64,000 bases of DNA from an uncultured Candidatus Rokubacteria bacterium. Its GTDB lineage: Bacteria > Methylomirabilota > Methylomirabilia > Rokubacteriales > DASRDR01. The translations under genes were made by a program, and so were the position numbers. The DNA lies in contig CAWDVE010000019.1 of NCBI GenBank assembly GCA_963805625.1, positions 352,001 to 416,000 on the forward strand, given 5' to 3'. The notes below the pieces were generated by a model. That model was given only the letters and a program-made list of their open reading frames with translations. It was not told the DNA's origin and made no database searches. Position 1 is the stretch's first letter. Every line of letters begins with the position of its first letter. Positions 7,762-18,452 of the stretch are shown here, piece after piece.

Positions 7762-10485
7762 TCACCCCCCTCGCGGCGAGGCGCGCAGGTCGGTCACCGC
7801 CGCCTCGAGCGCCCGCACGATCTGGCGGGCGGCCTCCTCTGGCGGCGTCCCCGGCGGGAACAGGCGTCGGGGTTCCAGGGGGGCCCCGAACGTCACCGTC
7901 ACGGGATGTGGCTTGATCAACCAGCGGCCCCGCGGCAACGCCTCGAACGTTCCCTGGATGAAGACCGGCACGACCGGGCGCGGGAACCGTGCGAGCAGGA
8001 GTCCGATGCCGGGGCGGAAGGGCAGGAGCTTGCCGGTGCGGGACCGCTCCCCCTCGGGGAACCAGATCAGGCAGTCTCCTCGCTTCAAGACCGCCGCCGC
8101 GAGCGCGAGGCTGGATCCAGCACCTCGTTCAGGGTCGATCGGGAGGACCCGCCCCACGCGGCTCACGCCTCGCATCAGGGGGTTGGCGAACGCCACGCCA
8201 GTCCAGCCGCCCCAGTAGCTCCGCTCGAGCCGGCGGCGCCCCAGCGCCGCGGACAGGACCATTGGGTCCAGGAAGCTCGCATGATTGGGAGCGAGCACCC
8301 AGGGCTCGCTGGGAAGATGCTCTAGCCCCACCGTCCGCAGCCGGAACACGAGGCGCATGAGCGCGCTGTTCGCGGCCATCAGGGCGCGCGACAGCAGCGT
8401 CAGACCGGGCCCCAGCGGCGTGAGCCAGTGGGACTGCGCCGGCGAGAGGAGTCGCTCAGGCTCGCTCCACAGCGCGTCCGAGGAGCCGACTCCGGCCAGG
8501 GGGGCGTCGACGACCGCCCGGAGGAGGTCGCGGATCGTCGCGACGCGGGCAATCTCTGCTTCGTCGAGCTGTACGCCCACCCGCCGCTCGATCTCGAGCG
8601 TGAGGGCAAGCCACTCGAGTGAGTCCACTCCGAGATCCAGGCCGAGGCTCACGTCCATGGTGAGGCGGCGCGAGGGATAACGCTGTGACAGCCACTCCCA
8701 GATCAGCTTCGCGGGCTGGTGCTCCAGGAGCAGCCGATCCGCCTCGACCATGTCTCCGACCGCGATCGGGCCCCGTTGGCTCTGCTCCCCGGTCACGGTG
8801 CGGGCACCGGTATAGAGGCCCGGAAGACCTCGACGGCGCAGCTTGCCCAGGCGGGTCCGGGGCAGGGGATCCCGCGTGACGGCCACGTCGCTCATTCGCT
8901 GGTACGAGGGGAGTACAGGATTGATCTCCGCGACCGCATCGCGCACGGCCTGGAGGACATCGGTGCGGCCGGTCCGCTCGATCATCGCGACGTCGGGCAA
9001 GGCCAGGCCCACCAGACGACCGTCCTGTTGCAGGACCGCGAAGTCCCGGAGGAAGGCGTGCCGGAGGAAGGCGGCCTCGACGTTCTCGGGGTTCACGTTC
9101 TCGCCCCCCGGCGTCACCAGCATCTCATCCGCACGACCCGTGATGAAGAGGCGGCCGCGTGTGTCCAGATAGCCGAGATCGCCCGTCCGGAACCAGCCGT
9201 CGCCGGTGAAGGCCTCCCGCGTCTTGTCAGGCAGATTCAGATACGCGGTGAACACGCCGGGCCCCCGAACCTGGATCTCGCCCTCGCCGGGTTCCTGGTC
9301 CGTTGGGGAGGCGACGCGGAGCATGACTCCCGGGATCGGCCGACCCGCGCTGTCCAGGCGACCGTCGCCGGGCAGGTTGAGCGTGAGCATCGGCGAGGTC
9401 TCGGTCAGCCCGTATCCGCTCGCCACGTCCCAGCCCAGGCCCTCGAGCTTCCGGGCGACGGCCGGCTCTAGCGCCGCGCCTCCCGAGGTCAACAGCCGGA
9501 GCCTGGGGCCGATCCGCGCGCGAACGGCGCGGAACAAGCGCGTGCCCCAGCGCAGGCCGAGCCGCCGACGCGCCCAGATGGACAGGTCGAGCGCGAGCCG
9601 GACGGCGGCCGCCGTACCCCGCCCACGATTGGCCAGCTCGGTCTCGATGGCCGAAAGCAAGGCAGTGTACAGACGCGGCACCCCCACCAGGACCGTAGCC
9701 TCGCCTTCCTTCAGCGCCCGGACGATCTGGGGGCCGGTGAGCGCATACGGCAGGACGAGGGGCAACCCGAGCGCCAGGGGAGTGAACAGACCTACGACGA
9801 AAGGATAGACGTGGTGCAAGGGGAGGGGGAGGCACACGCGGTCGCCCGTCGTCACGAGCCGGATGCCGGCGAGCGTGTTGATCTGAAAGGTCAGGTTGCC
9901 GTGACTCAGCGGGACGCCTTTTGGCGGTCCCGTCGTGCCCGAGGTGTAGAACAGGGCGGCGGGGTCGGCGTCCCGACGCTCGGGAAGGACCTCCCCCGGG
10001 CCACGCAGCCCGTGCCAGCTGGCGCGCCCCTCCGGCGTGTCCAGCAGGACGATGCGGGCCGCCGGAGCCAGGCTGGCCACGCGGGTGGCCCGGTCGGCGG
10101 TCGTGAAGACGAGCCGCGCCGCGCTGTCGATCAAGGTGTGCGCGAGGGACTCGTCGTTGAACTGAGCGTCCAGGGGAACCACCACGGCGCCTGCCCGGAT
10201 GACTGCGAGCGCCGAGGCGATCCACTCCGGCCCGTCCGGCGCGAACAGGGCGGCGCGGGCTCCGGGCTCTAGACCAGCGGAGGCAAGCCCGGCCGCCAGC
10301 TCGCGCACGGTTCGAGCCAGCTGCCCGTAGCTCCACTCACGGCGCTCCCTTGCAGCGAAGACGACCAGGGCAGGCCGTTCGGCGTGCGCGGCGAGGCCGT
10401 CCACGATCTCGATCAGCCTGCTGGACGGTGCCATCGTCGGTGCGGCGTTCAGTTGGCGAGGGGCCGGCTTGATCGGTGGGCGCAT
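7762..10485 (-). CDS. AMP-dependent acyl ligase-ACP-acyltransferase (PlsC) tri-domain protein
   Basis: YTSGTTGPPKG, GYGLTET, FRTGDLG; carrier motif LGVDSL; acyltransferase motifs NHASFLD and FPEGERS. Confidence 0.9.
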   Translation of the reverse strand: MRPPIKPAPRQLNAAPTMAPSSRLIEIVDGLAAHAERPALVVFAARERREWSYGQLARTVRELAAGLASAGLEPGARAALFAPDGPEWIASALAVIRAGAVVVPLDAQFNDESLAHTLIDSAARLVFTTADRATRVASLAPAARIVLLDTPEGRASWHGLRGPGEVLPERRDADPAALFYTSGTTGPPKGVPLSHGNLTFQINTLAGIRLVTTGDRVCLPLPLHHVYPFVVGLFTPLALGLPLVLPYALTGPQIVRALKEGEATVLVGVPRLYTALLSAIETELANRGRGTAAAVRLALDLSIWARRRLGLRWGTRLFRAVRARIGPRLRLLTSGGAALEPAVARKLEGLGWDVASGYGLTETSPMLTLNLPGDGRLDSAGRPIPGVMLRVASPTDQEPGEGEIQVRGPGVFTAYLNLPDKTREAFTGDGWFRTGDLGYLDTRGRLFITGRADEMLVTPGGENVNPENVEAAFLRHAFLRDFAVLQQDGRLVGLALPDVAMIERTGRTDVLQAVRDAVAEINPVLPSYQRMSDVAVTRDPLPRTRLGKLRRRGLPGLYTGARTVTGEQSQRGPIAVGDMVEADRLLLEHQPAKLIWEWLSQRYPSRRLTMDVSLGLDLGVDSLEWLALTLEIERRVGVQLDEAEIARVATIRDLLRAVVDAPLAGVGSSDALWSEPERLLSPAQSHWLTPLGPGLTLLSRALMAANSALMRLVFRLRTVGLEHLPSEPWVLAPNHASFLDPMVLSAALGRRRLERSYWGGWTGVAFANPLMRGVSRVGRVLPIDPERGAGSSLALAAAVLKRGDCLIWFPEGERSRTGKLLPFRPGIGLLLARFPRPVVPVFIQGTFEALPRGRWLIKPHPVTVTFGAPLEPRRLFPPGTPPEEAARQIVRALEAAVTDLRASPRGG

Positions 10486-10562
10486 CCGCTGAACCCGCCA
10501 TCGCGCCGCGCCTTCTGTTGCGTCAGACTTGCATCTGTCCGCGCGTTGCCAGCAACAGGGGA

Positions 10563-10982
10563 TCAGCCGCGGCGGCGGTTGAGACCCTGTCGGCCGGACC
10601 TGCGCTCGGGCGCGGCGCCTGTGCCCCCGGCCTCCGGCGTCATGAGCCGCTTCGCGGTGTAGTACTTCTTGGGATGCCGCTTGCTCTCCCGGTCGCGATC
10701 ACGGTAGCGTTCGAGCTCCCGCTCGAGCTTCGCGAGCGCGCCGTCGAAGGCGGCCCGTAGCGTCTCCGCAGTGTCCTCGACGCGGACGTGCGGGCGATAC
10801 GGCAGCCGCACCGTGAGTGCGCAGCGCATGGCTGGCCCGCCTTTCGGCCCGTTCTCGTCGAAGAGGGTCGCCTGCGCTGTGATCGGTTTCGTGGCCAGGT
10901 GGGCCAGGGCCGCCGTCAGCTGCGCCGTGATACGGGCGCGCAGGGCACGGTCAGCGGGGACGCCTCGAATCTCGATCGCCAT
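10563..10982 (-). CDS. HPF/RaiA family ribosome hibernation protein
   Basis: IEIRGV..ALRARI; DENGPKGG..RC; AAFDGALAKLEREL. Confidence 0.75.
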   Translation of the reverse strand: MAIEIRGVPADRALRARITAQLTAALAHLATKPITAQATLFDENGPKGGPAMRCALTVRLPYRPHVRVEDTAETLRAAFDGALAKLERELERYRDRDRESKRHPKKYYTAKRLMTPEAGGTGAAPERRSGRQGLNRRRG

Positions 10983-11051
10983 GGTCTCGCTCCTTGTCCG
11001 GCTCTGAGCTGCTCGTCAGTCGGGCGCGTCGGACGTGCCCATTCCGGCGAG

Positions 11052-11067
11052 TGCAATGGAGGTGCCA
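11052..11067 (-). promoter_or_regulatory. Sigma54 promoter of the hpf-like gene
   Basis: TGGCACCTCCATTGCA, near-consensus. Confidence 0.8.
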
Positions 11068-11106
11068 GAAGAATGCGGGGTAAACGGGGCAACTGACATC
11101 GTTCTC

Positions 11107-11144
11107 TGTCCCGCCGATGCCTCGGGTGAGGCGATCTCTCCCCA
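11107..11144. promoter_or_regulatory. Candidate tandem activator site
   Basis: TGTCC-CGCCGATG-CCTCG-GG-TGAGG-CGATCTCT-CCCCA. Confidence 0.6.
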
Positions 11145-11361
11145 TCAAGTAACGGTGAGTGATCCTCCGGAGTGTCGGGGGCGGGCGAAAGGATCCCCCG
11201 TGGGACGGGCGGATTCGCGTGGTCACGCCCAAACGGCACGGATAACGACGAGAAGCACGGCCCCGGCCAACACGACCCATCCTGTCATCTTCACGCATGA
11301 CTGCTCTCCGAACACGCCGCGATCGGTCGTTCCCGCGGCGAGGTCAACGTCGTCTGCTGCG

Positions 11362-12396
11362 TCAGTGGAGCGCCTTGACGATCTCGTCCTGCGCCACCCA
11401 GGGGAACGGCACCGGTCGTCCGTCCCGCCGCGCCACGACGCCGCGACCGGCTTCGATCTGGCCGATCGCGTGCCCGACGATGGCGTTTCGTCGCCAGGCG
11501 CGCAGCAGCGCGCCGACCCGGCTCGGCGCGATGGCCACCAAGAGAGCGCCCGATCCGATGAGGCCGAGTGGGTTGATGCCGAAGTGGCGGCAGAGACGCG
11601 CGGTCGCGGGTCGGATCGGCACGCGATCGAGCTCGACCCGAAGGCGGACGCCAGACGCGTGCGCCAGCTCGTGAAGGGCGGCGCGCACACCGCCTTCCGT
11701 CGGGTCGTGCATCGCTGACGCCCGGAGACGGGCCGCCGTCAGCGCCTCCGTCACCACCGAGATCCCGGGGTGACGTCGGAAGCCCTGGGCCCGGCGCAGC
11801 AGGGCGGCAGGCATCGCCCGCCGAAGCTCCCGGGCGCGCTCTTGGGAGAGAATCGCCGTGCCCTCGATGCCCGCGGCCTTCGTGAGCAGCACCACGTCGC
11901 CCGGGCGGGCACCTGCCGCCGTGATCGGCCGGCGCCCGATCAGGAGCCCTTGCATGTCGCCGGCCACGATCGCCCGGGTGACTCCGTCCGTGACCTCGGT
12001 GTGTCCTCCCGTCACGGCGATGCCGAGCGTCCGACACGCCCGGTCAATGTCGCGGACGATGGCCACGACGTGTGAGGCCCGGGTGCCCGGGGGCAAGAGG
12101 ATCGTCGGCTGGAACCAGCAGGGCCGGGCGCCCATGACGGCGATGTCGTTGGCGTTCACCTGGACGACGTACCAGCCGAGGTGGGTCGTCGCGAACGTCA
12201 CCGGGTCGCTCTTGAGCACGAGCCCCCGAGGGCCAACCCTGACAACCGCCGCATCCACGCCACAGCCGGGTCCCACCAGCACGCGATCATCTCTCGCCCC
12301 GCGCCACCGCAGCAGTCGATCGAGCAAGGCGGGCGGAAGCTTCCCCAGGCGCAGGGTCGATCTGGCCGACGGCACGCGGATCGCCGATCTGTTCAT
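11362..12396 (-). CDS. AIR synthase-related protein (PurM/HypE/ThiL fold)
   Basis: GKLPP..L, GPGCGVDAAV, KSDPVT, VNANDIAVMGA, GGHTEVT, MHDPTEGG. Own ATG at 12396 in an ATGA overlap. Confidence 0.85.
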   Translation of the reverse strand: MNRSAIRVPSARSTLRLGKLPPALLDRLLRWRGARDDRVLVGPGCGVDAAVVRVGPRGLVLKSDPVTFATTHLGWYVVQVNANDIAVMGARPCWFQPTILLPPGTRASHVVAIVRDIDRACRTLGIAVTGGHTEVTDGVTRAIVAGDMQGLLIGRRPITAAGARPGDVVLLTKAAGIEGTAILSQERARELRRAMPAALLRRAQGFRRHPGISVVTEALTAARLRASAMHDPTEGGVRAALHELAHASGVRLRVELDRVPIRPATARLCRHFGINPLGLIGSGALLVAIAPSRVGALLRAWRRNAIVGHAIGQIEAGRGVVARRDGRPVPFPWVAQDEIVKALH

Positions 12397-15078
12397 CGCC
12401 GGCCCACTCGGGCCTGGGCGGCCTTGAGGGCCTCGAGGAGCACTACCGGCCACAGGATACACAGCGTCACCAGACCCCAGTCGCCGGCCGAAAGGCTCAC
12501 CGTCCCGAGGAGATGCGCGAGCGGGGCCCAGGACACGGCCGTCCACTGAACCGCCCAGAGGACCGCGAGCGCGACCCAGGAGAGGCCATTCGGGGGCAAT
12601 CGCCACCATCCGAGCCGATCCGAGCGGCAGTTCATCGCCTGGAGCGGGTGGATCAGGACGAGCGCGACGAATGCGATGGTGCTGGCGCGGGGGCCCGGGC
12701 CGTCCTGCCAGACCGCCCAGAGGTAGGCGCCCAGCGACGCCGGCACTCAGGAGGGCGCCCTCCGCCAGCATGCGCCGCCCGAAGCGCCACGTGACGAGGG
12801 CGTCCCGCGGGTCCCGCGGCGGACGACGCATGACGTCGGGCTCGGCCGGATCGCGGATCAGGGCCATCGCGGGCAGGATGTCCGTGACCAGGTTCACCCA
12901 CAGAATCTGGAGCGGCAGGAGCGGGGCGGGGAAACCCAGCAGGATCGCGACGAAGACGGCCAGGATCTCGGAGAGGTTGCAGGTGAACAGGAAGTGGATG
13001 ACCTTGCGCAGATTGGCGTAGATCACCCGGCCTTCCTCGACCGCCCGGGCGATCGTTGCAAAGTTGTCGTCGGTGAGGACGATGTCGGCCGCCTCGCGCG
13101 CGATGTCCGTACCGTGGCGCCCCATGGCGACCCCGATGTCCGCCCGAGCCAGGGCCGGGGCGTCGTTGACGCCATCCCCGGTCATAGCCACGATCTCGCC
13201 TTCGGCCTGGAGCGCCATGATGAGGTCGAGCTTGTCCTGGGGGCTGACGCGGCTCCGGATCGATTCGGGCGTGAGGCCCAGCTGGCGACCGACTGCTTCC
13301 GCCGTCAAGCGCTGATCGCCCGTGAGCATGATGGTGCGGATCCCCGCGGTGGCGCAGCGCGCGATCGCCTCCCGGACGCCGCTCCGCACCGGATCCTCGA
13401 GCCCCACGAATCCGAGGAACGTCAGCCCCTCGATGCGGTCGCCCTCCGGCCAGCCCTCGGGGAGCCAGGCTATCGCGAGCACACGAAGCCCATCGCGGGC
13501 GAGCGCCCGGTTCGCCTCGAGGAGAGCGGCCCGGGTCTCCTCGGTCAGTGGCGCCGGGCCCCTCCGCGTGTCGTACTGGATCGACGCCTCGAGCACGGCG
13601 GCGGGCGCCCCCTTCACGCAGAGCACGCGGCCCCCCTCGGTCTCGTGGAGAGTGGCCATCAGCCGAATCGTGGGATCGAAGGGGATCTCTCCGCGCCGCG
13701 GCCACCGGCGGCCGAGGGCAACAGGGTCGAGCCCGGCGTCCAAGGCGGCCGCCAGCAAGGCGATCTCCGTCGGATCGCCCTGGAACTCGAGACCATCCGA
13801 GCCGCGGGTCAGGCTGGCGTCGTTGACGAGCGCGCCTACCGTCAGGAGGCGCGCGAGCTGGGCATCGGCGAGGGGATCGAAAGCCACGTCATCGCGGACG
13901 AACTCCCGCGCCGCTGCGGGTGTGCGGGAGACGACGGCAATCGTCTCTTGGTCCACGTGGAGACGGCTCACGGTCATGCGATTCTCGGTCATGGTGCCGG
14001 TCTTGTCGGTGCAGATCACCGTCGTCGAGCCGAGAGTTTCCACGGCCGGGAGCCGCCGGACGAGCGCTCCCGACCGCGCGAGGCGCCAGAGGCCGGCGGC
14101 GAGCGCCACCGTCGTGACGGCGGGCAGGCCCTCCGGGATCGCGGCGATGGCCAGGGTGATGGCCGTCTCGAGCATGAGCCCGACCGGCTGGCCGCGGAGG
14201 ATTCCCGCCAGGGCGACGACGCTGCACGTCCCGAGCGCGAAGCCGATCAGCCGACGGCCGAGCCACTCGACTTGCCGCTCGAGCGGGGTGGTCCGCTCCC
14301 CGGCGAGGGCGACCAGCTGGCCGATCCGGCCCAGCTCGGTCGCCAGGCCGGTCGCGGTCACGACCGCCACCCCGCTTCCGGCGACCACCGTGGTCCCGAG
14401 GTACACCATCGTGCGTCGGTCGGCGAGCGACGTCTGGGGGGCGAGGCGGGCGTCGGCGTCCTTGTCGACCGGCACGCTCTCGCCGGTCAGGGCCGCCTCG
14501 GCGGTGCGGAGCCGGCTGCCCCGGACGAGCCGCGCGTCTGCCGGGACATGAGCTCCCGCCTCGAGGATCAGCAGATCGCCGGGAACCACCTCGGCGGCGC
14601 GGATCCGGACGACGTCCCCCTGCCGCCGTACGAGGGCCTGAGGCACCGCCAGGGCGCGCAACTTCGCCAGCGAGATGCGGGCCCGCCACTCGGTGAAGAA
14701 CCCGATCCCGGCGTTGAGGAGGAGCGCGGCCAGAATCGCGAGCGCTTCGACGCGCTCCCCGAGCGAGCCCGCGATGGCCGAGGCGGCGAGGAGGAGCAGG
14801 ACGACGAGACTGCGGAACTGGGCGAGCCCGAGACGCCACAGAGGCGTGTCGGGGTGCTCGCCAACGGAGTTTGGACCGATGCGCGCGAGCCGGCGGCGCG
14901 CTTCGTCGGTTCCGAGCCCCGCTTCCGGATCGACGGTCAGGAGATCCAGGACCTCCGACGGCGAGAGGGCGTGCCACTCGCGACTGATCGGGGGACTCCC
15001 GTCGGCGGCCGACGGACCGTCTACCGACGGGTCCGCGGTGCGGGCATGGCCGCTCGGACTCGGTGGCCGCGGCCCCAT
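12393..15078 (-). pseudogene. Cation-transporting P-type ATPase (type IIA/CtpF-like) with a 1-nt frameshift near 12736
   Basis: TGES, PEGL, DKTGT, TGD, GDGVND. The last TM helices (LGAYLW...LLEALK) lie in ORF 12393-12746 in another frame. Confidence 0.8.
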
Positions 15079-15112
15079 GGCGGCTCGAGGCGTCGCCCCC
15101 GGCTCTCCGTGG

Positions 15113-15472
15113 TCAGCTCGAGCGCTTGTCGTCGGCGGCCTTCCGCTCGAGGTCCCAGTAGCGCCGGTCCCGGTTCCGCAGGATCTCCTCGGACGTGCGC
15201 ACCTCGGCGTCGGGGGCTTGGGGGACCCCGAGGGCTTCTCCGATCTCGTCCACGACGTTCTGGTCTGGCATGGCGACGCTCCCGCCCACCGCCTCCTCCC
15301 CGGAGCTAGCCGCGCGCTGCCAGTCCGCGTCTAGATCGCCCCCGGTCAGGGCGGGCCCGGTTCCCGCGTTGGCTTCCAGCTCGCGAAGCCGCTCCAGAGA
15401 TTCGACCTGTGGTCCTGATTCGGAGTGCGCTCGGCGCACCGGCCGATCCTGGCGGTTGGCCTTTGCTTTCAT
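15113..15472 (-). CDS. Acidic hypothetical protein (DUF6335-like)
   Basis: GPALTGGDLDADW..SGEEAVGGS..PDQNVVDEIG.ALG..RD..W; RBS GGAGG. Confidence 0.7.
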   Translation of the reverse strand: MKAKANRQDRPVRRAHSESGPQVESLERLRELEANAGTGPALTGGDLDADWQRAASSGEEAVGGSVAMPDQNVVDEIGEALGVPQAPDAEVRTSEEILRNRDRRYWDLERKAADDKRSS

Positions 15473-15544
15473 CGCGATACCTCCGGGCCTCTGGTTCCTC
15501 TGACTTCGGATCATCGAGCCTCGGCACCGTTGGCTGGTGGCGAC

Positions 15545-16375
15545 TCAGTGGGACATTAGGACGGGCACGGTCATGTTCTGGAGCATGTGTCGGGTTGCTC
15601 CTCCCAGCACCATCTCACGCACGCGTGAGTGCCCGTAGGCGCCCATCACTATGAGATCGATGCTGAGATCAGCCGCGCGAGAGAGGAGCAGGTCTCCGAC
15701 TCCGATGTCGATGCCCACGTCCGAGGCCGCTTCCGCCGCGACGCCGTGGCGCGCAAGGTGGAGGGCGATGTCCGCGCTCGGCACCCGAGGCCCGGTATGG
15801 GCGTCGGGGTCGATCGAGAGCACGGTGACCTTCGTCGCGAGCTTCAGGAGCGGGATCGCGTCGTGCACGGCCCGCGTCGCCTCGCGGCTTCCGTTCCACG
15901 CGATCAGGATCCGCTCGCCGACCGCCTCGAAGGTGCCGTAGCGTGGGACGACCAGCACAGGTCGGCCGACTCCGAGAGCCAGCTCCTCGGGGAGGAAGGC
16001 GAGGTCGTAGGGTGCGTTGACGAGATCGCGACCCTGCCCAACGACTGTGAGGTCGGCATATCGGGCGTGCAGCTTCGTCGTCCCGACGATGTCGCCGATG
16101 CTGACTCGCCACTCGGCGCGGACCCCGCGCCGCCGTGCTCGATCGTGGAACCGCTCCTCGGCCTGGCGGGCGAGCTCCTCGAGGTGCAGCCGTTGCTCCT
16201 CCCGGAAGCTCGGCGGTAGTTCGGCCTCGAGATAGCCCGGCAACCGAGGCCACCCCATCGCATGGAGGCCCGTGAGATGGGCCCCGTGCTTCGCGGCGAG
16301 GGCGACCGCGACGTCTACCCGCGAGCTGGACGTCGGGTCGTTGTCCACGTGCACCAGCAGATCCTTGAGCCCCAT
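15545..16375 (-). CDS. Tandem-domain universal stress protein
   Basis: MGLKDLLVHVD; ILIAWNGSREATRAV; DLIVMGAYGHSRVREMVLGGATR. Confidence 0.93.
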   Translation of the reverse strand: MGLKDLLVHVDNDPTSSSRVDVAVALAAKHGAHLTGLHAMGWPRLPGYLEAELPPSFREEQRLHLEELARQAEERFHDRARRRGVRAEWRVSIGDIVGTTKLHARYADLTVVGQGRDLVNAPYDLAFLPEELALGVGRPVLVVPRYGTFEAVGERILIAWNGSREATRAVHDAIPLLKLATKVTVLSIDPDAHTGPRVPSADIALHLARHGVAAEAASDVGIDIGVGDLLLSRAADLSIDLIVMGAYGHSRVREMVLGGATRHMLQNMTVPVLMSH

Positions 16376-16437
16376 GGTCCCTCCCCTGGCGGCGCTCGTT
16401 TCCCGTCCTGACGCGCTCGGGCGCCACCCGGCGAGGG

Positions 16438-16453
16438 TGCAACCCGAGTGCCA
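16438..16453 (-). promoter_or_regulatory. Sigma54 promoter (leftward)
   Basis: TGGCACTCGGGTTGCA. Confidence 0.8.
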
Positions 16454-16495
16454 CCGCGGCGGGGCATTGGACATGGGAGGAGGTCGCCTGAGAGG

Positions 16496-16533
16496 TGTCC
16501 CGCCGCTGCCCCGGGTGGGGCGGGTGCTCCGCA
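16496..16533. promoter_or_regulatory. Candidate tandem activator site between divergent sigma54 promoters
   Basis: TGTCC-CGCCGCTG-CCCCG-GG-TGGGG-CGGGTGCT-CCGCA. Confidence 0.6.
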
Positions 16534-16615
16534 CCGGCGCAGCACCCTGGCGAGACCGGGTTGAGCGTGCCCCGCGCCATGCGCCCGAATGTGTAGTCGA
16601 TGCCAGAGATTGGGA

Positions 16616-16631
16616 TGGCAGCGCCGTTGCT
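16616..16631 (+). promoter_or_regulatory. Sigma54 promoter (rightward)
   Basis: TGGCAGCGCCGTTGCT. Confidence 0.7.
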
Positions 16632-16699
16632 AGACGTCTCTTTGGGATCAGGTCCTGCGGGCTGCCAGCCGGGCGCGGATAACCGTCCAGGGGAGAGAG

Positions 16700-17665
16700 A
16701 TGGAGCTCGGACCGAGGCGATCAGACCGGTGGGCGCTCATCCTGGCCGGCGGTGAGGGGATCCGGCTCCGGTCGCTGACGCGACGGATTGCCGGCGACGA
16801 GCGGCCCAAGCAGTTCTGCCCGTTGTTGAACGGCGAGACGCTGCTCGATCGGACGCGCACTCGCGTCGCGCGGACGGTGAGACCAGATCGGACGTGCCTC
16901 GTGCTGACCCGGTCACACGAGCGGTTCTATGGACCGCTTCTCGCCAAGGTGCCGCCCGGGCCGCTGGTCGTTCAACCGTGCGGCCGGGGCACAGCTCCCG
17001 CGATCCTGTACGGTCTGCTTCGCGTCGCCGACGGGGGATCGTCGGACGCCGTGGCCCTGTTCCCCTCGGACCACTACATCTCGGATGAGGCGCGCTTCAT
17101 GGCGCACGTGGACGCGGCCTTCGCCACGGTCGAGGCCCGTCCCGACCTGGTCGTCCTCTTGGGAATGGAGGCGGATGGCCCCGAGGTGCAGTACGGCTGG
17201 ATCGAGGCGGGGGACCCGCTCCTCGAAGGGGCCGCGTTTACCGTTTACCGGGTCCGGCGGTTCTGGGAGAAGCCCGTGGCGGCGATCGCCGAGACCCTCT
17301 TCGAGCGCCGCTGTCTCTGGAACAGCTTCGTCCTGGTGGCTCGGGTGCCTGCGCTACTCGCCCTGATTCGAGGGGCCACCCCCGATCTCTACGGCGCGTT
17401 CATGTCGGCATGGCCCCAGCGCTCGACTCTCGGAGAGACCGAGGCCATGCGATCGCTTTACGCGAGGCTTCCCGCGACGAACTTCTCGGAAGACGTCCTG
17501 GGGACGAGGCCCCCCAATCTCGCGGTGCTGCCGGTTCGAGGAGTCACGTGGAGCGACTGGGGGGACCCGGCTCGAGTGCTCCAGACGTTGGGACGGCTGG
17601 GCGTTCATCCGGAGTGGGCCGAGGGGGAGGCGACTCTAGCCGGGACCGGATCACGGAGTGGGTGA
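16700..17665 (+). CDS. Sugar-phosphate nucleotidyltransferase (mannose-1-phosphate guanylyltransferase-like)
   Basis: LILAGGEGIRL, RPKQF, GRGTAPAI, PSDHYI, YGWI, FWEKP, WSDWG. Confidence 0.88.
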   Translation: MELGPRRSDRWALILAGGEGIRLRSLTRRIAGDERPKQFCPLLNGETLLDRTRTRVARTVRPDRTCLVLTRSHERFYGPLLAKVPPGPLVVQPCGRGTAPAILYGLLRVADGGSSDAVALFPSDHYISDEARFMAHVDAAFATVEARPDLVVLLGMEADGPEVQYGWIEAGDPLLEGAAFTVYRVRRFWEKPVAAIAETLFERRCLWNSFVLVARVPALLALIRGATPDLYGAFMSAWPQRSTLGETEAMRSLYARLPATNFSEDVLGTRPPNLAVLPVRGVTWSDWGDPARVLQTLGRLGVHPEWAEGEATLAGTGSRSG

Positions 17666-17728
17666 TGAGCCTCCAGGCACAACGCCACGGACAGCGGAGT
17701 TGAGGCCGCGGTGAAGACGGGAGGCGCC

Positions 17729-18382
17729 ATGAAGACCGACATCGTCTTGAAGGGGCAAGTGCTGGAGGAGCTGGAGTGGGAGCCTGGCATCAAGGCCGCC
17801 GGGATCGGCGTGGGGGTGACCGACGGCGTCGTGACTCTGAGCGGCGACGTCCAGAGTTACCACGAGAAGATCGAGGCCGAGCGAGCCGCGCTGCGAGTGG
17901 CCGGCGTGAAGGGGATGGCGAGTGAGATCGAGGTGCACCTGCCCGGTGCGAGCCAGCGCTCGGATTCGGACATCGCACGAGCCGTGGTCCACGCCCTCGA
18001 GTGGAACAGTTCGATCCCGCCGGATCGTATCAAGGTCGTCGTCAGCAAGGGCTGGGTGACGCTGGAGGGGGAAGTGGACTGGGGGTACCAGCGGACCGCG
18101 GCCGAGGACGCCGTGCGTCGCCTCACCGGGGTGCTGGGTATCCGGAATCAGGTGACGATCAAGCCAAGGCTCACGTCGGGCACCATCAAGGGGAAAATCG
18201 AAGACGCGTTCCGCCGCAGCGCCGAGGTCGACGCCCGTCGCGTCACGGTGGAAATCGATGGCAGCGCCGTCACCTTGCGGGGCAACGTGCGGTCGTGGGT
18301 GGAGAAGCAGGAAGCCGAGCGCGTGGCGTGGGCGTCACCCGGGGTCTCGAGCGTCCTGAACAAGCTCGTGCTCGGCGACTAG
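17729..18382 (+). CDS. BON-domain protein (OsmY-like, three BON repeats)
   Basis: Repeated GxVTLxGxV...A...GV motifs; RBS GGAGG. Confidence 0.9.
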   Translation: MKTDIVLKGQVLEELEWEPGIKAAGIGVGVTDGVVTLSGDVQSYHEKIEAERAALRVAGVKGMASEIEVHLPGASQRSDSDIARAVVHALEWNSSIPPDRIKVVVSKGWVTLEGEVDWGYQRTAAEDAVRRLTGVLGIRNQVTIKPRLTSGTIKGKIEDAFRRSAEVDARRVTVEIDGSAVTLRGNVRSWVEKQEAERVAWASPGVSSVLNKLVLGD

Positions 18383-18452
18383 GCGAGCCCGGGCACGCGG
18401 CGATATGGCAGGAGATGGACGCCTGATGCGCCCCTCGCTGGAGGCCCAACCG

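Noticed and set aside
11362-15078. 1238-aa natural P-type ATPase/AIR-synthase fusion
   Set aside because: Explained by a single-base frameshift; the proper ATPase C-terminus and an ATGA overlap exist in another frame.
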